Under the pieces are notes generated by a model. That model searched no databases, had not been told where the DNA came from, and worked only from the letters and a program-made list of their open reading frames with translations. Below, piece by piece: positions 56,080-64,000 of a stretch of DNA of 64,000 nt. The translations under genes were made by a program, and so were the position numbers. This DNA is from Macrostomum hystrix (taxonomy: Eukaryota; Animalia; Platyhelminthes), in NCBI GenBank assembly GCA_950097015.1, contig CATNEN010000038.1:11036001-11100000 (forward strand), written 5' to 3'. Position 1 is the first letter of the stretch, and each line of letters opens with the position of its first letter.

Positions 56080-59000
56080 TGGGAATGGGAAGATTGGGGA
56101 TTGGGAAGATTGGGGATTGGGAAGATTGGGGATTGGAAAGATTGGGGATAGGGAAGATTGGGAATTGGGAAGATTGGGGATTGGGAAGATTGGGGATAGG
56201 GAAGATTGGGGATAGGGAAGATTGGAGACTGGGAAGACTAGGAAGATTGGAGACTGGGAAGATTGGAGACTGGGAAGATTGGAGACTGGGAAGATTGGAG
56301 ACTGGGAAGATTGGCGACTGGAGGTTGGCGACTGGGAAGATTGGAGACTGGGAAGATTGGAGACTGGGAAGATTGGAGACTGGGAAGATTGGAGACTGGG
56401 AAGATTGGAGACTGGGAAGATTGGCGACACCAGCCTTATCCGACTGGGAAGATTGGAGACTGCGAAGATTGGCGACTGGGAAGATTGGAGACAGGGAAGA
56501 TTGGAGACTGGGAAGATTGGAGACTGGGAAGATTGAAGACTGGGAAGATTGAAGACTGGGAAGATTGGAGACAGGGAAGATTGGAGACTGGGAAGATTGG
56601 AGACTGGGAAGATTGAAGACTGGGAAGATTGAAGACTGGGAAGATTAGCGACTGGGAAGATTGGCGACTGGGAAGATTGGAGACAGGGAAGATTGGAGAC
56701 TGGGAAGATTGGAGACTGGGAAGATTGGAGACTGGGAAGATTGGCGACTGGGAAGATTGGAGACTGGAGATTGGAGACTGGGAAGATTGGGGACTGGAAA
56801 GATTGGGGGCTCGGAAGATTGGAGACTGGGAAGATTGGAGACTGGGAAGATTGGCGACTGGGAAGATTGGGGGCTCGGAAGATTGGAGACTGGGAAGATT
56901 GGAGACTGGGAAGATTGGAGACTGGGAAGATTGGGGACTGGAGATTGGAGACTGGGAAGATTGGAGACTGGGAAGATTGGAGACTGGGAAGATTGGGGAC
57001 TGGGAAGATTGGAGACTGGGAAGATTGGCGACTGGGAAGATTGGGGACTGGGAAGATTGGGGACTGGGAAGATTGGCGACTGGGAAGATTGGAGACTGGG
57101 AAGATTGGCGACTGGGAAGATTGGGGACTGGAAAGATTGGGGATTGGAGATTGGAGACTGGGAAGATTGGCGACTGGGAAGATTGGCGACTGGGAAGATT
57201 GGCGACTGGGAAGATTGGAGACTGGGAAGATTGGAGACTGGGAAGATTGGAGACTGGGAAGATTGGCGACTGGGAAGATTGGAGACTGGGAAGATTGGAG
57301 ACTGGGAAGATTGGAGACTGGGAAGATTGGGGACTGGAAAGATTGGGGATTGGAGATTGGAGACTGGGAAGATTGGAGACTGGGAAGATTGGCGACTGGG
57401 AAGATTAGGGACTGGGAAGATTGGCGACTGGGAAGATTGGCGACTGGGAAGATTGGCGACTGGGAAGATTGGCGACTGGGAAGATTGGAGACTGGGAAGA
57501 TTGGCGACTGGGAAGATTGGAGACTGGGAAGATTGGAGACTGGGAAGATTGGCGACTGGGAAGATTGGCGACTGGGAAGATTGGAGACTGGGAAGATTGG
57601 CGACTGGGAAGATTAGGGACTGGGAAGATTGGCGACTGGGAAGATTGGCGACTGGGAAGATTGGCGACTGGGAAGATTGGAGACTGGGAAGATTGGCGAC
57701 TGGGAAGATTGGGGACTGGGAAGATTGGGGATTGGAGATTGGAGACTGGGAAGATTGGAGACTGGGAAGATTGGAGACTGGGAAGATTGGCGACTGGGAA
57801 GATTGGCGACTGGGAAGATTGGCGACTGGGAAGATTGGAGACTGGGAAGATTGGCGACTGGGAAGATTGGCGACTGGGAAGATTGGCGACTGGGAAGATT
57901 GGCGACTGGGAAGATTGGCGACTGGGAAGATTGGCGACTGGGAAGATTGGAGACTGGGAAGATTGGCGACTGGGAAGATTGGAGACTGGGAAGATTGGAG
58001 ACTGGGAAGATTGGCGACTGGGAAGATTGGCGACTGGGAAGATTGGAGACTGGGAAGATTGGCGACTGGGAAGATTGGGGACTGGAGATTGGAGACTGGG
58101 AAGATTGGCGACTGGGAAGATTGGCGACTGGGAAGATTAGGGACTGGGAAGATTGGAGACTGGGAAGATTGGCGACTGGGAAGATTGGAGACTGGGAAGA
58201 TTGGAGACTGGGAAGATTGGAGACTGGGAAGATTGGGGACTGGAAAGATTGGGGACTGGAGATTGGAGACTGGGAAGATTGGAGACTGGGAAGATTGGAG
58301 ACTGGGAAGATTGGCGACTGGGAAGATTGGAGACTGGGAAGATTGGAGACTGGGAAGATTGGAGACTGGGAAGATTGGCGACTGGGAAGATTGGAGACTG
58401 GGAAGATTGGCGACTGGGAAGATTGGCGACTGGGAAGATTGGAGACTGGGAAGATTGGAGACTGGGAAGATTGGAGACTGGGAAGATTGGCGACTGGGAA
58501 GATTGGCGACTGGGAAGATTGGAGACTGGGAAGATTGGAGACTGGGAAGATTGGCGACTGGGAAGATTGGCGACTGGGAAGATTGGAGACTGGGAAGATT
58601 GGAGACTGGGAAGATTGGGGACTGGAAAGATTGGGGATTGGAGATTGGAGACTGGGAAGATTGGAGACTGGGAAGATTGGCGACTGGGAAGATTGGAGAC
58701 TGGGAAGATTGGCGACTGGGAAGATTGGCGACTGGGAAGATTGGAGACTGGGAAGATTGGAGACTGGGAAGATTGGAGACTGGGAAGATTGGCGACTGGG
58801 AAGATTAGGGACTGGGAAGATTGGGGACTGGGAAGATTGGCGACTGGGAAGATTGGAGACTGGGAAGATTGGCGACTGGGAAGATTGGGGACTGGAAAGA
58901 TTGGGGACTGGAAAGATTGGGGACTGGGAAGATTGGGGACTGGAAAGATTGGGGATTGGAGATTGGAGACTGGGAAGATTGGCGACTGGGAAGATTGGAG

Positions 59001-62000
59001 ACTGGGAAGATTGGCGACTGGGAAGATTGGCGACTGGGAAGATTGGAGACTGGGAAGATTGGGGACTGGGAAGATTGGAGACTGGGAAGATTGGGGACTG
59101 GAAAGATTGGGGATTGGAGATTGGAGACTGGGAAGATTGGGGATTGGAGATTGGAGACTGGGAAGATTGGAGACTGGGAAGATTGGCGACTGGGAAGATT
59201 GGAGACTGGGAAGATTGGGGACTGGAAAGATTGGGGATTGGAGATTGGAGACTGGAAAGATTGGGGATTGGAGATTGGAGACTGGAAAGATTGGGGATTG
59301 GAGATTGGAGACTGGGAAGATTGGAGACTGGGAAGATTGGCGACTGGGAAGATTGGAGACTGGGAAGATTGGCGACTGGGAAGATTGGGGATTGGAGATT
59401 GGAGACTGGGAAGATTGGAGACTGGGAAGATTGGGGACTGGAAAGATTGGGGATTGGAGATTGGAGACTGGGAAGATTGGAGACTGGAAAGATTGGGGAT
59501 TGGAGATTGGAGACTGGGAAGATTGGAGACTGGGAAGATTGGCGACTGGGAAGATTGGAGACTGGGAAGATTGGCGACTGGGAAGATTGGCGACTGGGAA
59601 GATTGGTGACTGGGAAGATTGGAGACTGGGAAGATTGGGGACTGGAAAGATTGGGGATTGGAGATTGGAGACTGGGAAGATTGGAGACTGGAAAGATTGG
59701 GGATTGGAGATTGGAGACTGGGAAGATTGGAGACTGGGAAGATTGGCGACTGGGAAGATTGGAGACTGGGAAGATTGGCGACTGGGAAGATTGGCGACTG
59801 GGAAGATTGGAGACTGGGAAGATTGGCGACTGGGAAGATTGGCGACTGGGAAGATTGGAGACTGGGAAGATTGGCGACTGGGAAGATTGGGGACTGGAAA
59901 GATTGGGGATTGGAGATTGGAGACTGGGAAGATTGGAGACTGGGAAGATTGGCGACTGGGAAGATTGGAGACTGGGAAGATTGGCGACTGGGAAGATTGG
60001 CGACTGGGAAGATTGGAGACTGGGAAGATTGGAGACTGGGAAGATTGGAGACTGGGAAGATTGGCGACTGGGAAGATTAGGGACTGGGAAGATTGGGGAC
60101 TGGGAAGATTGGCGACTGGGAAGATTGGAGACTGGGAAGATTGGCGACTGGGAAGATTGGGGACTGGAAAGATTGGGGACTGGAAAGATTGGGGACTGGG
60201 AAGATTGGGGACTGGAAAGATTGGGGATTGGAGATTGGAGACTGGGAAGATTGGCGACTGGGAAGATTGGCGACTGGGAAGATTGGCGACTGGGAAGATT
60301 GGCGACTGGGAAGATTGGCGACTGGGAAGATTGGAGACTGGGAAGATTGGAGACTGGGAAGATTGGCGACTGGGAAGATTGGCGACTGGGAAGATTGGAG
60401 ACTGGGAAGATTGGCGACTGGGAAGATTGGCGACTGGGAAGATTGGAGACTGGGAAGATTGGCGACTGGGAAGATTGGGGACTGGAAAGATTGGGGACTG
60501 GGAAGATTGGAGACTGGGAAGATTGGGGACTGGAAAGATTGGGGATTGGAGATTGGAGACTGGGAAGATTGGCGACTGGGAAGATTGGCGACTGGGAAGA
60601 TTGGAGACTGGGAAGATTGGCGACTGGGAAGATTGGAGACTGGGAAGATTGGAGACTGGGAAGATTGGCGACTGGGAAGATTGGAGACTGGGAAGATTGG
60701 AGACTGGGAAGATTGGAGACTGGGAAGATTGGGGACTGGAAAGATTGGGGATTGGAGATTGGAGACTGGGAAGATTGGAGACTGGGAAGATTGGCGACTG
60801 GGAAGATTAGGGACTGGGAAGATTGGCGACTGGGAAGATTGGGGACTGGGAAGATTGGGGATTGGAGATTGGAGACTGGGAAGATTGGAGACTGGGAAGA
60901 TTGGAGACTGGGAAGATTGGCGACTGGGAAGATTGGCGACTGGGAAGATTGGCGACTGGGAAGATTGGAGACTGGGAAGATTGGCGACTGGGAAGATTGG
61001 CGACTGGGAAGATTGGCGACTGGGAAGATTGGCGACTGGGAAGATTGGCGACTGGGAAGATTGGCGACTGGGAAGATTGGAGACTGGGAAGATTGGCGAC
61101 TGGGAAGATTGGAGACTGGGAAGATTGGAGACTGGGAAGATTGGCGACTGGGAAGATTGGCGACTGGGAAGATTGGAGACTGGGAAGATTGGCGACTGGG
61201 AAGATTGGGGACTGGAGATTGGAGACTGGGAAGATTGGCGACTGGGAAGATTGGCGACTGGGAAGATTAGGGACTGGGAAGATTGGAGACTGGGAAGATT
61301 GGCGACTGGGAAGATTGGAGACTGGGAAGATTGGAGACTGGGAAGATTGGAGACTGGGAAGATTGGGGACTGGAAAGATTGGGGACTGGAGATTGGAGAC
61401 TGGGAAGATTGGAGACTGGGAAGATTGGAGACTGGGAAGATTGGCGACTGGGAAGATTGGAGACTGGGAAGATTGGAGACTGGGAAGATTGGAGACTGGG
61501 AAGATTGGCGACTGGGAAGATTGGAGACTGGGAAGATTGGCGACTGGGAAGATTGGCGACTGGGAAGATTGGAGACTGGGAAGATTGGAGACTGGGAAGA
61601 TTGGAGACTGGGAAGATTGGCGACTGGGAAGATTGGCGACTGGGAAGATTGGAGACTGGGAAGATTGGAGACTGGGAAGATTGGCGACTGGGAAGATTGG
61701 CGACTGGGAAGATTGGAGACTGGGAAGATTGGAGACTGGGAAGATTGGGGACTGGAAAGATTGGGGATTGGAGATTGGAGACTGGGAAGATTGGAGACTG
61801 GGAAGATTGGCGACTGGGAAGATTGGAGACTGGGAAGATTGGCGACTGGGAAGATTGGCGACTGGGAAGATTGGAGACTGGGAAGATTGGAGACTGGGAA
61901 GATTGGAGACTGGGAAGATTGGCGACTGGGAAGATTAGGGACTGGGAAGATTGGGGACTGGGAAGATTGGCGACTGGGAAGATTGGAGACTGGGAAGATT

Positions 62001-64000
62001 GGCGACTGGGAAGATTGGGGACTGGAAAGATTGGGGACTGGAAAGTTTGGGGACTGGGAAGATTGGGGACTGGAAAGATTGGGGATTGGAGATTGGAGAC
62101 TGGGAAGATTGGCGACTGGGAAGATTGGAGACTGGGAAGATTGGCGACTGGGAAGATTGGCGACTGGGAAGATTGGAGACTGGGAAGATTGGGGACTGGG
62201 AAGATTGGAGACTGGGAAGATTGGGGACTGGAAAGATTGGGGATTGGAGATTGGAGACTGGGAAGATTGGGGATTGGAGATTGGAGACTGGGAAGATTGG
62301 AGACTGGGAAGATTGGCGACTGGGAAGATTGGAGACTGGGAAGATTGGGGACTGGAAAGATTGGGGATTGGAGATTGGAGACTGGGAAGATTGGCGACTG
62401 GGAAGATTGGAGACTGGGAAGATTGGAGACTGGGAAGATTGGAGACTGGGAAGATTGGAGACTGGGAAGATTGGAGACTGGGAAGATTGGGGACTGGGAA
62501 GATTGGCGACTGGGAAGATTGGAGACTGGGAAGATTGGCGACTGGGAAGATTGGCGACTGGGAAGATTGGAGACTGGAAAGATTGGGGATTGGAGATTGG
62601 AGACTGGGAAGATTGGAGACTGGGAAGATTGGCGACTGGGAAGATTGGAGACTGGGAAGATTGGCGACTGGGAAGATTGGCGACTGGGAAGATTGGCGAC
62701 TGGGAAGATTGGTGACTGGGAAGATTGGAGACTGGGAAGATTGGGGACTGGAAAGATTGGGGATTGGAGATTGGAGACTGGGAAGATTGGAGACTGGGAA
62801 GATTGGAGACTGGGAAGATTGGCGACTGGGAAGATTGGCGACTGGGAAGATTGGAGACTGGAAAGATTGGGGATTGGAGATTGGAGACTGGGAAGATTGG
62901 AGACTGGGAAGATTGGCGACTGGGAAGATTGGAGACTGGGAAGATTGGCGACTGGGAAGATTGGCGACTGGGAAGATTGGCGACTGGGAAGATTGGTGAC
63001 TGGGAAGATTGGAGACTGGGAAGATTGGGGACTGGAAAGATTGGGGATTGGAGATTGGAGACTGGGAAGATTGGAGACTGGAAAGATTGGGGATTGGAGA
63101 TTGGAGACTGGGAAGATTGGAGACTGGGAAGATTGGCGACTGGGAAGATTGGAGACTGGGAAGATTGGCGACTGGGAAGATTGGCGACTGGGAAGATTGG
63201 AGACTGGGAAGATTGGCGACTGGGAAGATTGGCGACTGGGAAGATTGGAGACTGGGAAGATTGGCGACTGGGAAGATTGGGGACTGGAAAGATTGGGGAT
63301 TGGAGATTGGAGACTGGGAAGATTGGAGACTGGGAAGATTGGCGACTGGGAAGATTGGAGACTGGGAAGATTGGCGACTGGGAAGATTGGCGACTGGGAA
63401 GATTGGAGACTGGGAAGATTGGAGACTGGGAAGATTGGAGACTGGGAAGATTGGCGACTGGGAAGATTAGGGACTGGGAAGATTGGGGACTGGGAAGATT
63501 GGCGACTGGGAAGATTGGAGACTGGGAAGATTGGCGACTGGGAAGATTGGGGACTGGAAAGATTGGGGACTGGAAAGATTGGGGACTGGGAAGATTGGGG
63601 ACTGGGAAGATTGGGGACTGGAAAGATTGGGGATTGGAGATTGGAGACTGGGAAGATTGGCGACTGGGAAGATTGGCGACTGGGAAGATTGGCGACTGGG
63701 AAGATTGGCGACTGGGAAGATTGGCGACTGGGAAGATTGGAGACTGGGAAGATTGGAGACTGGGAAGATTGGCGACTGGGAAGATTGGCGACTGGGAAGA
63801 TTGGAGACTGGGAAGATTGGCGACTGGGAAGATTGGCGACTGGGAAGATTGGAGACTGGGAAGATTGGCGACTGGGAAGATTGGGGACTGGAAAGATTGG
63901 GGACTGGGAAGATTGGAGACTGGGAAGATTGGGGACTGGAAAGATTGGGGATTGGAGATTGGAGACTGGGAAGATTGGCGACTGGGAAGATTGGCGACTG
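56080..64000. repeat. Large 16-bp satellite (GACTGGGAAGATTGG[A/C/G])n with higher-order duplication, running off the window end
   Basis: About 8 kb tandem array; all long ORFs here are translations of the unit. Confidence 0.97.

Noticed and set aside
57400-63480. Scattered TTAGGG hexamers in the terminal satellite
   Set aside because: They are isolated single-base variants of the 16-bp unit, not tandem telomeric repeats.
53536-64000. Very long ORFs (up to 1213 aa) on both strands
   Set aside because: These are translations of stop-poor 15/16/19-bp satellite units, open in several frames at once.

Overview
Intron-rich, minisatellite-rich animal genomic DNA. The style suggests a lophotrochozoan such as a macrostomid flatworm (inference only). 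The window is dominated by a complete minus-strand twitchin/unc-22-family giant muscle kinase gene. My hand-built model has 49 coding exons (ATG 49386 to TAA 8027, about 4,800 aa): Ig and Fn3 domains, a kinase, and an array of 18 frame-symmetric PEVK-like micro-exons. Two introns host antisense single-ORF nested genes. One is a TET-family dioxygenase-like gene (43252-45606) whose Fe(II)/2-oxoglutarate site is rewired (HxD to HxE, distal His to Arg, 2OG Arg to Ser) while its Zn ligands are kept, so it is a candidate pseudo-TET. The other is a Thr-rich membrane mucin (17754-19721). Another intron carries an IS630/Tc1-type transposon with about 140-bp TIRs and DD30E spacing. One SINE-containing intron is bounded by a 9-bp direct repeat spanning both splice sites (candidate intron gain). 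Three tRNA-derived SINE families, two small plus-strand genes (His/Pro/Gln-rich protein; C-type lectin membrane protein) and many unrelated minisatellites, including a terminal 16-bp satellite of about 8 kb, fill the rest. All coordinates and alignments were derived by eye.
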